Source of the DNA: Octopus vulgaris
Lineage: Eukaryota
Direction: 5' to 3'
Length of the DNA stretch: 64,000 nt
Assembly (NCBI GenBank): GCA_951406725.2
Contig: OX597820.1
Coordinates: 73,036,001-73,100,000 of the forward strand
Position 1 is the stretch's first letter, and each line of letters opens with the position of its first letter. Shown here piece after piece: positions 11,862 through 28,659 of this stretch. A program made the translations under genes and the position numbers. The notes below the pieces were generated by a model. That model ran no database searches, was not told the origin of the DNA, and was given only the letters and a program-made list of their open reading frames with translations.

Positions 11862-12760
11862 TAGAAAATATAGTCGTAGATACACTGTTGTCTAATAATA
11901 GATATGCCTGTCAAGATTGGAACGCCTATGATCCTATTAGTTACAGGTCTGTCCAAACAGGACCGTCCTGTGGCTAAACAACAATAGTAAACTATGCAGT
12001 AAATATGAAGCATTGAAACAATCACCAACAAAATGCTTCAAAAGGAAAGAGTGCCTCCGAACACCTATTTTCATACATTTACAAAGAGCCAGACAGCTTT
12101 TTCGCTTCCATCCAAGTTGCAGGTTTATTGCTGGTTGAACAGACACTGGGCAAAGAGCAATATATGTTCGAACGGATCCCTTTAGCTAAAATCCAAACGT
12201 GTTGCCTGTTAACCCACTCCACGGACGATGCCATACGGTTGCGCTGGTCTTATTCATGACAGCCATAAAGTTGCTACTTGTATTAATCCCACGAATCTGA
12301 TAAGACCCTATGAACTTTCCAGAAATAGGGAGCGGCGAAAATGTATGTATGCATGGATGGCTGGATGGTCGGACGGACGGATGGCTGGCTGGATGAAGAA
12401 ACAACACCAAATATTCAAACTCACCCAAAATTAAACCGAATCATAATAATGCATTTGGGAAGCTGGACCTGCCACAAATTATCTCATATTCATAAGTCCA
12501 GCAGTGAATTAAGAATATATATACGTAAGCACAAAGTTTTCCCACATACTCAGCCACAGTCAAAATAATCCGTTTACGGCATGTAAAGAAAAGGCAAAAA
12601 TAACAACATCGAGTAATATAATGCTAACTAAAGAAGCATAAGAGAGACTTATCATTTATAATCTTAAAAAGAGTCATCTTTAGCATCCTTAGCCGACACT
12701 TACTCTCTTCACATCATAACACGTATTCAAACCACTAAACGTAAAAGCCACAATAATTAC

Positions 12761-13277
12761 GTGGCTGTGTGGTAAGAAGCTTGCTTACCAACCACATGGT
12801 TTCGGGTTCAGTCCCACTGCGTGGCACCTTGGGCAAGTGTCTTCTACTATAACCTCGGGTCGACCAAAGCCTTGTGAGTGGATTTGGTAGCCGGAATCTG
12901 AAAGAAGCCTATCGTATATATGTGTGTATATATATACATATATACATATATATATATATATCAGTCCCACTGCGTGGCATCTTGGGCAAGTGTCTTCTGC
13001 TATAGCCCCGGGCCGACCAATGCCTTGTGAGTGGATTTGGTAGACGGAAACTGAAAGAAGCCTGTCGTATATATGTATATATATGTATATGTGTGTGTGT
13101 TTGTGTGTCTGTGTTTGTCCCCCTAGCATTGCTTGACAACCGATGCTGGTGTGTTTAGGTCCCCGTCACTTAGCGGTTCGGCAAAAAGAGACCGATAGAA
13201 TAAGTACTAAAAGGTGGTGCTCCAGCATGGCCGCAGTCAAATGACTGAAACAAGTAAAAGAGTAAAAGAGTAAAGAG

Positions 13278-13348
<71 letters not shown>

Positions 13349-13560
13349 GTTTGTGTGTCTGTGTTTGCCCCCTCCTTCAACATCGCTTGACAACTGATGC
13401 TGGTGTATTTACGTCCCCGTAACTTAGCGGTTCGGCAAAAGAGACCGATAGAATAAGTACTAGGCTTACAAAGAATAAGTCCTGGGGTTCGATTTGCTCG
13501 ACTAAAAAGGCGGTGCTCCAGCATGGCCGCAGTCAAATGACTGAAATAAGTAAAAGAGTA
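12761..13560 (+). mobile_element. SINE family B with internally duplicated head and body modules
   Basis: Head 12761-12915, second partial head 12961-13070, and body+tail twice (~13090-13275, ~13350-13560), separated by (TA)n/(TG)n. Confidence 0.9.
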
Positions 13561-13789
13561 TTACAAATAGAATATATCAATAAATTTAATAACAATAACA
13601 AAAACCTTCTGCAAAATGTTGATTACCATTAAAATTACCACCAACAACATCGATATTATTTCTGTCCATCAATTTATACACAGAATAATTAACACCGCCT
13701 CACAGAAACAACACAAAATATGAGCCAATGACAGAATCTGTAACTGGTCGTCTGTTCTGCTAATAAAAGCCACCAAATATCCCAACAGT

Positions 13790-14230
13790 CGTAGCATGGT
13801 ATAATAAATAAAGACAAATCCAATTTCTTTTTAAAATTACCATTGGTCACGGATTGAATGGTTGTGAACAAATTTCTCGATCAGGATCGATCTAGAGATA
13901 ACACCAACTAATTACTGGCCAGCATACTCCACCTCAGAAACTCCGCCATGTCTAGAATTTACAGTTTTTAAAATGGTGTACTACAAAGATCTGTCTTCTT
14001 ACCCATTACTTTAACTTATACCTACATTTTCCCTGATATATACATACGCAGTTTCATACATAAATCACATCACAGTTGCAGGTTTTCACTATTTCCAAAA
14101 CTCAATATCAGAAATTCTCAGAACTTAAATCAATCACCGAGAAACTCGGCTCCAAAACATCGCCAAGAAACTATATTCATTTGCTTTCATTGTGTATACA
14201 GTTAATGGCAGAAGACATTTCCCGATACTA
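13790..14230 (+). pseudogene. Very decayed LINE RT remnant (possibly Ingi/Vingi-like)
   Basis: Frame fragments NGVLQRSVF (like NGLPQGSVL) and KLGSKTSPRN / ICFHC resemble RT subdomains; heavily degraded. Confidence 0.3.
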
Positions 14231-14469
14231 AATGATTGTAAAGCAAACTTCCTTAGAAACAGACAGGACAGATTACAGCGTATAGTCCTCTACTAGACGG
14301 AGGTTATGGATTTGTGAATAGATTCGAGCCGTTGGTCAACCAACGAAGTGCCCTAGCTGTTAGCTCTCTTTCAAGGCTAGGCAAACATCTAAACCAGCAA
14401 AAGCAAACCATCGATTGAGTTATTACCCATATTGAAAACAAGAATACATACAATGTCTTGAGGCAAATG

Positions 14470-14605
14470 TAGCATAAAGAACTACAAAGAAAGAAAAGCG
14501 GGGAGCCTACAAATTCAAAATATGTTGGTTGATAGAGACTTCAAAGTATTGAATACGAGAGGAAAACAAGACGATAACAGTGAGTTCCAGAGAGCAGCAT
14601 ACTTC
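14470..14605 (-). pseudogene. Possible CR1/L2-type ORF2 C-terminal remnant
   Basis: Minus strand reads YAALWNSLLSSCFPLVFNTLKS, resembling the WNSLP...F motif at the end of CR1/L2 ORF2. Confidence 0.3.
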
Positions 14606-15627
14606 ATTTATCATATGCAAGTGAGATGAATTGAGCATACCCAGCTATTTTTCAATCTACACTTATCAATGATACATCGGTTACAGGGGAGTAAAGCTAC
14701 GAGAGATATTTTAATTTAGCAATGGAAGATAATATTTGTCAATTTTACAGTTCCCCTCTTGTCTGTAAGAGCTTTAATGACTTCCCGTTGCTGATTTACA
14801 ACTAGACAGTTTGTCTCATTCGGTTTTATATATTTTTGCCAGAGAAACTACCAACACACAGGTGATGACATCCAATCTATTTGGATTCTGATCACAACCT
14901 CCATATATTCTAAATACTATTATAGTCTTTTAATGGTTTCAGTTATTGGACTGTTGCTATGTTGGGATACCACCTTCAAAGATTGAGCTTTTGTAGTCGA
15001 TCAATCGATTTCAATAGTTATTTCCCAATACACCACTGAATAAACTTTACAGTGATATGTAGAAGCATAAAAATACACAGGCGCATACTCGCAATAACAG
15101 ATATAGGCAAGTGTATCTATTCATTAATAAAATTAATGCATGTAGGTTTTCAAATAGAGTTGTAAGATACATTTATGGATGTGTGTTTTGTGTAAGCAGA
15201 AATTCTAGCCTCGCTGTCTATATATAAAAAGAAAACATTGTTTCTGCAATAAAGTAAATAACAGGTTTTTCGATGAAATTACTCTGGTCAATCTCGTTTT
15301 TCTGGCCCATAGACGGAAAAATTTCGTTTATCAACATTTTCTGATTTTTACAGCGAAGCTAAAAATGTGTTTACAAATAAAGAAAACTCATAAACTAGAT
15401 GGAACCGGAGCTAGTGTCTGCTATAAACCATATAACAAGCATGAGGACCACTGCATCACGGCGACATTTGTCAGAGGCTTGTCAAGAAGGAACTCGATCT
15501 AGACAGCGTTAAACTATTCTACTTGTTGCAGTCAATGGCCTGCGGTCATGCTGGAGCACCCAGACGAAATGATTTTATGCATACATACATGAATACGTAC
15601 ATGAATACAGGCATTCGTGAACACATA

Positions 15628-15985
15628 CTCTTTTACTCATTAACTCTTTTACTTATTTCAGTCATGACTGTGGCCATGCTGGAGCACCGCCTTTAGTCGA
15701 GCAAATCAACCCCAGGACTTATTCTTTGTAAGCCTAGTACTTATTCTATCGGTCTCTTTAGCCGAACTGCTAAGTTACGGGGACGTAAACACACCAACAT
15801 CGGTTGTCAAGCTATGTTGGAGGACAAACACAGACACACAAACACACACACACATATATATATATACATATACACGACGGGCTTCTTTCAGTTTCCGTCT
15901 ATCAAATCCACTCACAAGGCTTTGGTCGACCCGAGGCTATAGTAGAAGACACTTGCCCAAGGTGGCACGCAGCCACTCCTGCGCT
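15628..15985 (-). mobile_element. SINE family B with a deletion in the head
   Basis: Near-consensus body; the head jumps from ggtggcacgcag to ccactcctgcgc. Confidence 0.9.
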
Positions 15986-16085
15986 TACATACATACATAC
16001 CTACATACATGCATGCGTGAATACATGAATACATACATACATGAATACATATATACATACATAGATGCATGAATACATACATACA

Positions 16086-16118
<33 letters not shown>

Positions 16119-16204
16119 GAGTACATACATATCTACATGAATACATACATATGCACATACATACGTACATGTGTGTGTATGTATGTGTACACGCGTATGC
16201 GCGA

Positions 16205-16410
16205 ATAAATGAACAAACGAAAGAAAGTAGAACACAACACTTTTCATAGGAGTTACATATATGTTTCAATAACAACTTCATGTGACTTAAAGTTTCGTGG
16301 GCACGCAGAACACATCCACATCATCAAGCGTTAGTAGATGTTTCAAACGTCTGGTGAGGCAGACGGTTCCTACGCACCCACGAAACTTTAAGTAATGAAG
16401 AAATGAGTCA
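16205..16410 (-). mobile_element. Small asymmetric palindrome with a decayed HHR-like motif
   Basis: Inverted arms ~16276-16310 and ~16367-16400; minus strand reads TTGATGA-t-GTGG...CCAC-GAAAC-tTTA-agt. Confidence 0.5.
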
Positions 16411-17149
16411 AACTGTTATGACAAGTGTATATGTATGTATGTAAGTATGAATGTATGTATACACATACATACATATGTATGCATATATATATATGTATGC
16501 ATGCATGTTTGTGTGTATGTATGCATACATATTTGTTTGTATATATGCGTATATATATAATATACATCATGGAAAAAAGTGGTAACATTACCTTCAGATT
16601 GGATCGCTTTGCTTACAGTAAACTGAAGAGATGTGCTAACCACTATACTAAGGCAATACTATACGTGAGTGTATATGTGTATATAGATGTACGTATGAAT
16701 GTAAATGTTTGTACTTGTTAGTACTTGTGTGTGTGTGTGCGTGCGTGTGTGTGGATGTTTGTGCGTATTTGTGTACGTGTGTGCGAGTATCCACGATTAA
16801 TTAACGGTGATGTAGATTTAGGAATAAATGTACAAGAAAAATACGTAACATTCAATGAATGATGAGAATTAATTATTCCTTATATATTTAGAATTCTAAA
16901 TGTAATTTTAGACATGTTATATATACCAATACAGTTTTGTACTTAATTATCTATTGAATTATATATCATCGTATGTATTATGCTCGGTATATTTACTATG
17001 GTTCTTAGTAATCATTTTTCACAACACCGAATGATTAATTCCAGATATCTGTACAAATCTCACATTTAGAATGCAATAAAATCTGCGCCATAATGACTGG
17101 CTGTTCTCTAGAAGGTTCGGAAATACTTCAGCTCAAGCAAATGAATTCG

Positions 17150-18152
17150 TGTTTGGTAGTATGGTCTAGAAGTTCGCTTCCGGGTTACTTGATTTGCGCT
17201 TCAATCATACATTGCAGCCACGTGGTTTTAGGTTCTGTCCAACAGCACGCCACCCTCGGCAAGTGTCGTCTACTATAACCCCAAGCCGACAAATGAGGGG
17301 ATTTGGTGGACGAAAGCTATGTGAAACCCCGCCTCATATAAAACTAATGCTGAGACTTTCTTTTGGAATAGAGTTTCACGCCATTACAATCTTTAGGTGA
17401 AAAATCTCAGTGACGTCATACACACAAACACACACATACATACAGACATACACACACGCATACACTAACACATTTGGTCTGTGTGTCTGTTATTGCCTTG
17501 CATCATCACTTGATAACTTGTATTGGTTTGTTTATATTCCCGTAACTTAGTGGCTCGGCAAAAGATTCTGATAGAATAAGCACCAGACTTTAAAATGAGT
17601 ACTGGGTGTGTGTGTTTGTGTATGTGACGCGTGTACACATACACACACACATATACGTATGTATGTATATATGTATGTATTCATGTAGATATGTATGTAT
17701 GCATTCATGTATGTATTCATGCATGCATGTATGTATGTATTCATGCACACATGTATGTATGTATTTATGCATGCATGTATGTACTCATGTATGTATGTAT
17801 GCATGCATGTATGTATGTATACATGCATGTATGTCTCTATATAAGTATTCATGTATGTATTCACACACACATACAAACAAACATTCACACACATACAAAC
17901 ATACACACACGCATATACTACAAACATATTAGGTCTGTGTGTCTGTTATTACCTTCCTTCACTACTTGATGACCTGTATTGGTTTGTTTACGTCCCTGTA
18001 ACTTAGTGGCTCGGAAAAAGACCCTGATAGAATAGGCACTAGACTTAAAAATGAGTACTGGGTGGGGGTCGATCTCTTCGACTAAAACCCATCAAGGTGG
18101 TGACACAACATGGCTGCAGTCCAGTGACTGAAATAAGTAAAATAATAAAAGA
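17150..18152 (+). mobile_element. SINE family B, decayed, with duplicated body and (TATG)n expansion
   Basis: Head ~17150-17340; body copies at ~17470-17606 and ~17928-18152. Confidence 0.75.
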
Positions 18153-18494
18153 TTGTATATTCAAGTATTTAACTGATCTGTTTTAGGGGTCTATGAATAA
18201 ATTTCTTCTGTGTTTGTCTTATATTCCAACGTAAATAAAATATTGACTTCATTTTTTTTTTCTAAATTTGTTTTACTAAAACACTACCATATATATTTTC
18301 CCATTTATTTAATGTTTTCGTCTCTGTTTATATACACATTATATTCTATCCGTTACACAGATGACATTTATGTTCGAAAACGAAGTTTAACCTATTATTA
18401 TTGTTCAACATATCCGGTTTCGGTACTCCCCAGGATGTCTCACGGATGATTATAGTTGCGTGTGTGTGTTTTTATATACTCATACGTATGTACA

Positions 18495-18727
<233 letters not shown>

Positions 18728-19691
18728 AGAGAGAGAGACATGTATATATACACACTTATATACATACGCAAGAATATGTATGTATACACACACCACATAT
18801 ACACACCAACACACACACATACATTGAGTGTGTGTTTGTGTGTGTGTGCACGCGTAAGTGTAAATATTTATGTGTGTATGTGCGAGTGTGTGTGTGTGGT
18901 TGTGTGTGTGTGTTTAGACAGAGAGAGTGAAAGGATATATCATACAAACGGTGTGTGCTTGTGTGTGTAACGCACATATATCTAAATTCCTGTGTCAGAT
19001 GTCCTCAACACTTTGAACGGCCTTGCTGTTTAAAGAAAAAGAAAAGAACAAAAACGAAACGAAAATATATACAGTGTGTTTAAAGAATTAGATATAAGCA
19101 ATACAAAACCGCCTTACAAGTAATCGTCAGTGCGTGAGATTTATTTCACGTAGAGAAAAACTGCTGTACAAAAATTAATAACCCGATTCGTGACTGGCTA
19201 CAAGATTTATAGCATATATCTTCATACAGCTTCTAAAACAGTTGTAAACTCTAACATATCCAGTTACGAATCAATGAGGGGCTTCCACGTGGTGAAGTGG
19301 CCTGCAAAAAATAAGAACCAATTCTCGCCGAAATCAGCCTGTTGTTTAACATAAGCTCAGGACACATTAGGTTAGTGTAGTTGGTGATCTTTTATCCCAA
19401 GTACATATGCTGATGGGTATCAAAGCAGTAGTAAGAAACTCAAGCGAGCGTTGAACAGAAGAGGCCCACTTTATGCAAGTTTTGTGGCCCTTAACTCCTT
19501 ACGCTCTATGAAGGCCGGGTTGTATTCGGGTCAAGACTCCTGGATACCCACCTACGGCAACATTCTGAGACACTGTCTTCATTGCAGCTCTCCAGGGTGA
19601 TTAGAATATGTCCAAGCACCAGGGTATCATGGGTGTTGTATCCAGTGAAGTCTAAGGCACCTCTTCACTTTAGGGTAAATTATACCTTTAT

Positions 19692-19987
19692 GAGGGCGAA
19701 TGATCTAGTGGTTAGCGTGTTGCACTAGCGATTACGTGATCATGGATTCGATTCTGGATGGGGCGCTGCCTTGAGTTCATGAGCAAAACATGCCAGCTGA
19801 TGCAGATCTACGATCACTTCGACATCTGACGCGTGGCATACCGTGCACCTGTACAGGTAATATCGATTTGATGAAGGAGTTGAGTTAATGTAGAGCATTT
19901 ACCTTTGACCGCTACAAGCAAATCGTTTGTACAGGTTGCTCAGCAGGAAATTGCAGAACCGTCTTCCACGGACTCGAGAGACTACAC
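19692..19987 (+). mobile_element. Old tRNA-derived SINE
   Basis: A-box-like tgatctagtggttagcg, B-box-like ggattcgattc and a CORE-like ttcatgagcaaaaca. Confidence 0.5.
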
Positions 19988-20716
19988 TTTAGTTCAAATT
20001 ATGGTTTTTGAATGAAATTCACTTCCATTTCTCTTGGAGCAGACCTAGTTGGAATTCTTCTCAGCAGTAACTGCCATTGCTTTAAAAGATCTGGTTCTCT
20101 TGCTCTCCAAAATCGAAAAATGATTAATTTTCACACCAATTGATAAATGTTCTTTTTATTTATTTTGTTGAAAGATCAGCAATAGTTGGTGTTTGTGAAA
20201 ATGACGACAGATGGACTACAAAATATTAAGAACAGATTGCTTGAAGTTCCATGCATAATACGAAACTTTTGATGAAATTCTACGACTATTCTATTGCTTC
20301 TTCATTATCTTCGAAATAAAGTTTGGTTTACATTTCACTTTGAGGTCCGCTATAAAACGAAAGATAACCAGGCCTCTTCTTGCTGTTCCGGGACCCAGGC
20401 GGATGTAGAGTTTAAAAACCTGTCTTATGATCCTTGAACATGTGTGAAAACACACACACACACACGTACTGTCGACTGCACATACACAATGTGTGTGCTT
20501 TCTTTTGTTTCTCCGGTTTGCTGTGGGGGCGACTTCTTCATAAAACCCCTGAAAGTCATAGACAGGAGACACAACTTTTCGCCATTTTGTGACTTATCAA
20601 CATCACTTATCTGAATCGAGTGGAGGACGAAATAATCGCCAGTCTATAGCTATATACAAATAGTGGGAAAGCTCTTTGCTGGTGCGCCACAGCGATGCAT
20701 ACGTAAGATTAAATAT

Positions 20717-21045
20717 AATGACGAATTAAAAGTAGCGCTAGCGTTGTAAACATTACCGACCGCACATACTCAACGTATGTTTTGTTTGTTCGCCATTTCA
20801 CTGAGGTTAGTACCTGGAAGACTACTCCCCCAGCAAAATATCTGTATCCTTACTCCTGAATTCGATTGGAGGCGAGTTGTATCGCCTGTCTACGACTTTC
20901 CGGTGTTTAAACTTCCAGCATAATGGGGGAATGTTTCTCCAGCCTCTACATGCAACAAAACGGCGAACAAACAAAGCACATATACTGAGTAAATGCGGTC
21001 GATAATATTTACTACAATAGCGCTGCTTTTGCTTTTAATTCGTAA
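20717..21045. repeat. Imperfect inverted repeat (~110-bp arms); MITE or foldback relic
   Basis: acgaattaaaagtagcgcta...accgaccgcacatactca...ttgtttgttcgcc is mirrored by ggcgaacaaacaa...tgagtaaatgcggtcg...tagcgctgctttt...ttttaattcgt. Confidence 0.7.
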
Positions 21046-22412
21046 TTGAATATGTGTGAGTGTGGTGTGTGTGTATGTGTGTGTGTGTTTGTGCTTGTAT
21101 GTGTATGCGTGTGTGTGTGTGTGTGTACAGGTATATAAGCACGTGTGTATGTATATATGTTCTCGGCTAAATTTAAATGTTAGTACATTATTTCCATACT
21201 ACCGGTGTGCAGGAAAAGAGTTAAGAGTTTTCTGACAAACTGTTTTTGGTTTGTTAACCGCTCATCAGAGAACATGTATACTACTTCCTACCCAATCAAT
21301 ATTATAGATTAGTAGCACATATAGAAAATATAAATGATGAATATTGCCAAAAGCAAGGCAACTTCATAATGAAAGAAATACAAGCAAAATTGTTTATATT
21401 ACCAAATAGGGAATGGATAAATAAAAACAAACAATGCATGTAGCTTTGAATCGTTTCGCCGTGTTTAATTGAGATTGTTATCTCCAGAATACAACATGTT
21501 GATTGACAAAATTGAATGTGATGTACTAAATCAAAGAATTGCCTAATTTTAGTTACATATAAAATTTTAAAAATAGGGTGTTCATAGTCAGAAAGCTTTA
21601 GATTATGAGTGCTGGATCAAGATGTACTCAGCAGCAACAACATATCCAGTTAAAACACCGAAGGCCCTTAAATCACCCACAACTCATGGACATGCAAAAC
21701 ATATATACACACACACACACATACATACATACACACACACACATATCATATATACTAGCTGTAGGATCCGGTGTTACGTTGAGCAGAATTGATCACGGAG
21801 AACAGTTGGGCCGAAGGGCAACTACCTAATATAGCCATGCCTTGAGACGGCAGTATATATGTGTGTTTGTATGTGCGTTTGCGTGCGCTTGTGTTTATGT
21901 GTGTGTGTGTATGTATGTATGTATGAGTATTGTTACTGTAGATAAGTGGGAACAAATCAAAGTAAACAGTTCAAACGGGAGTTTAGAATGTTTTAATTAC
22001 AATATATCAGCTGTATTGTCGCAGCGATTCAAGTTTCATGTGTGGTGAAACTTCACTCTGCTCCGAATATATTAAGCTTATTTTTCTTGTCAGGATTAAT
22101 TGGGATACAAAGAAATAACGAGAATTCAAGATAACAGACATTATTAAGGAGAATAAGATGTGAAAAAGGTGATAACTCAATTTATTAGAAAGCCAGTTTA
22201 ATTCCCTTGAATTGTCAATAATATTTCTGGTAGACAGATTGTTTAAAATCTAGGTTGAGTTACTTTGACTGGTTAAAGAAGAAGATGGTCAATTCGATTT
22301 GATATATGTACATGATGGATTACAGACACAAGCACAGACGAGCACGTACATGGTGCTCATGCTGATTTGGTAGACCGAAACTGCGTGACAGCTCGTCTTA
22401 TAAATAAATATA

Positions 22413-22478
<66 letters not shown>

Positions 22479-22567
22479 TCTCTAACTATATTTGTATAAT
22501 TATTCTATTAATAGAATAACTATGCAAATGAATCCTTTGAATTTAACTAAATTCTATATTTTTATGG

Positions 22568-22649
22568 AGCTGAAGATTGCTCTACATTTTAAAATTGATG
22601 TAATATTTGCATTGTTCAATTAAATGGAGTCGCATGAAACGATCGTACT
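22568..22649 (+). ncRNA. Minimal type I hammerhead ribozyme with long stem II
   Basis: AG-CTGAAGA-[~59-nt imperfect hairpin]-GAAAC-gatc-GTA-CT with palindromic ACGATCGT stem III. The element ends in (TA)n at ~22686. Confidence 0.7.
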
Positions 22650-23493
22650 GCATTACCTCTGGATATCCTTGTTGCTTATTTTGATTATATATATATATAT
22701 ATATATATATTAAAACTGATGCTAAGACTTTGTTTCGCGACAGAGTTTTACGCTATTACGATCTTCAGGTGGAAAATCTCACTGACATGAACCTCGAGTC
22801 AAACTCACTTTCAATTTTAATTAAAAGGAAAGAATATACGCACGTGTACACGCGCGCGTATACATACACACACAAATATATATATATATATATACATGCA
22901 AACGATTACATATGAACACGCGTATACTACGTACCTATTTCAATGTGTATATATACATTTAGAGAACATACAATTATGTACTGCATATGCAATTTCTTAC
23001 AAACACTATTATATAGAGGCATACAACCATATGCTCATATATATATATATTCATTCAGGTAGACACACACATCGGGATATATGGTGGTATGTGCATCTAT
23101 CAGTTTAAAACTGAAAGGTTCTTACTGGAGAGAGGTATTGTTAACGGCGAGCAAGATATTCTCCAATGGTACGAAATTAATTTAACTACGTGGGTACATC
23201 TGGTGAAAATTTCCTTTCTAATTTTTAGACAGTTACCTTTATGTGTGGCGGGTTATATGTTTATCCGTGCATGTTTACGTGTGTGTATGCGTGTGCGTGT
23301 GTGTTTGCATGTATGTTAAATTGAATATATTACATTAAAGCGAATCTAAGAATGGTCACGGAACATTTACCGATGCGGAGACACAATGCAGAGAACAGTC
23401 AAATTTCTTATAAACTTCATGTTGATAGGGACTTTAAGCTAAGCCTGATGGGTTTTAAGGAACCAAAACCTTGACTATGTAGGAGTTATGCGT

Positions 23494-23540
<47 letters not shown>

Positions 23541-23574
23541 AATAAATGAAATAAAACATATGCATATATATAAA

Positions 23575-23800
23575 CATATATGTACGTACCTACCTCTACA
23601 TGTACATATACACGCATATATGAGTACAGGACACCAAAGGGACGTCGAACACAAAGAGAAACGAAAACATAGACACAAACCAAAGGAACTGGACATTTTT
23701 TTAAAAACAACAAAAAAATGGAGTACAGGACAATTAACACAAAGAAAAAACCCCTTCTTCAGTCGCTATGGTTTCATCTACTCTACGTTTCGAAGGATTA
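23575..23800 (-). repeat. Interspersed repeat next to (TA)n; second copy at ~50235-50470 (+)
   Basis: Both copies share ctgaRgaagggg...ttgtgtt...gtactc...ggtgtcctgtac...gtaggta.gtacatat. Confidence 0.65.
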
Positions 23801-24384
23801 TATATATATATACATACATACATACATACATACATACATACATACATACATACATACATACATGTACATATACAGGTACTAATATACATACATACGCGTA
23901 TAGTTATATGCATATTTCAACGAATGAGAAGAGAACACTAGTTACGTAATCACATCATTTAGTTTACATCAGAGCTAAGTGTTTATGTAACATCTTATCG
24001 CATAAATATTACCAAATATTTAATAAGCTTACTGTTAGGTTCTCCTAATCTTCCACTCCAAATATCGACCACAACATCGCAGAAACGAATAAATTTAAAC
24101 TAATATATATATATATAGATGGCGGTGCCCCTGCATGGCCACAGCTCGTGAGCTGAAACTAGATAAAATAAAATAAAAAATATATGTGTGTGTGTGTGTA
24201 TAGGTGTGTGTGTGTGTGTCAACAGAGTTATCGGTTATAATAATCGACTAAGGGATAAAGTATCCGTATATACTATCGCTATCCTTTACCCGTGTTATCC
24301 CCAAGCACTGGTGCGCAGGCACACTATGCATGTAGAGTGCGGGTAACAACAGGATAAACAAGAGTTTATGAGGAAACAAATACA

Positions 24385-24790
24385 AATAATCAGAAAATGG
24401 AGAAAACACATCGATTGGATCATTTATAGCTTATAATTTAATACAAAGCATCACATAACAAATAGGTGACGTGATAAAACTTACGGCCGTTTCCACATCC
24501 GTTGCCCAACGCTATCTAAAAATTACTGCGAAAATAAAATTCTTCATCTTCATAGGACATTCGGATTAAGGCACGGAGCTTCATCAGAGTCAAAAACAAG
24601 AGCATTCAATACAAACAAAGGGAAGACGGAATAGGAAAGAAAACATGGCCTAGAAATTATTTATAGACAGCGTTTGGCAACGGATGTGGAAACGGTCGTA
24701 AGATTTGTTACGTCACCTATTAGTTATGTCATGCTTTGTATTAAAAAATAAGCTATAAATGTGATCCAATCGAGGTGTTTGTTAATCTGA
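24385..24790 (-). mobile_element. PLE-type terminal palindrome with hammerhead at 24479-24590
   Basis: Inverted arms ~24405-24520 and ~24660-24781. Minus strand reads ACT-CTGATGA-agctccgtgcc...ggcaacggatgtg-GAAAC-ggcc-GTA-AGT. Confidence 0.8.
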
Positions 24791-25499
24791 GGTTTTCGCC
24801 TATATATATATATGATTGCATCTATGTATAAGCATACAAACATTCCTAAAAAATAATATATATACATACAAAAGTATACACAAAAACATGTGTATATCTG
24901 GAAAGCCTTGTTGTATATGTGTGTGTGTGTGTGTGTGTGCGTGTGTCTGTGTGTGTTCATGTCTCTGTATGTGTTACTCTGCGTGTGTACGCGTGTGTAT
25001 GTATGTGTGTGTGCATGTGTCTGTGTATGTCCACGTCTGTGTCTGTGTGTGTTACTCTGTATGTGTGCGCGTGTGCGCGTGTGTGTGTGCATATATTAAT
25101 TTCAATTTTAACCTATTAAAAGCAATTTGGAGGAATTTTTCTTCACACAATCCATGAACACAAAGCCAGAGAAATGCCGATTCCAATCACTGTAAATAAT
25201 CGCCCTGTTCTCCATTCACCAATGTCGTCGTTGCTCAAACCGGAATGGCGTTTTGAACCTCCGATATCGATTTTTCAGTGAATGACTGGGACACACTGCA
25301 GTTCCAGTGACTAAGAAAAGTACTGCCGACATGTCGGCTGCTTGTCAACTCTTCTAACAACTCGCCCATCCGTGGTCTTATTTCTGTGTGTGTGTGTTTG
25401 CGTGTGTGCATTTGTTTATACGTGTATGTGTGTGTGTGTGACCAAAGTGTGTATGTGTGTGTGTATCGACGTGCAGTGTTTGTCCACATATGCATTATG

Positions 25500-28350
<2,851 letters not shown>

Positions 28351-28659
28351 ACACGCTCAGGCACACACGCAGTGTTTATTGCACAATTTCTATCCCTACC
28401 AGTCCTTCTATATCGTCTCTCAAATTTGTTTGGCCATCGCTTGGCTTAATGTATTCAATCACTATGTCTGTCTGACAGCTTACCAGCAGCCTTTTACCTA
28501 ATCAGTGTCTCATTCATCGCTTAACTGTAGCTACTGTGATACATGCACACACGTGCGCGCGCGCGAACGTGAATATTTGTCTTCGCATATATATATACAA
28601 TGCAAACAACGTTGTGCAGGCTGGCAAGCACACAGGTACATGTGCGTGGAGATTGGAGC

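Noticed and set aside
10060-12330. Hox-cluster microRNA (miR-10/miR-993) or homeobox exon near the Hox-type motifs
   Set aside because: I did not see ACCCTGTAGA or a homeodomain peptide. The hairpin at ~10278-10317 is too short for a pre-miRNA.
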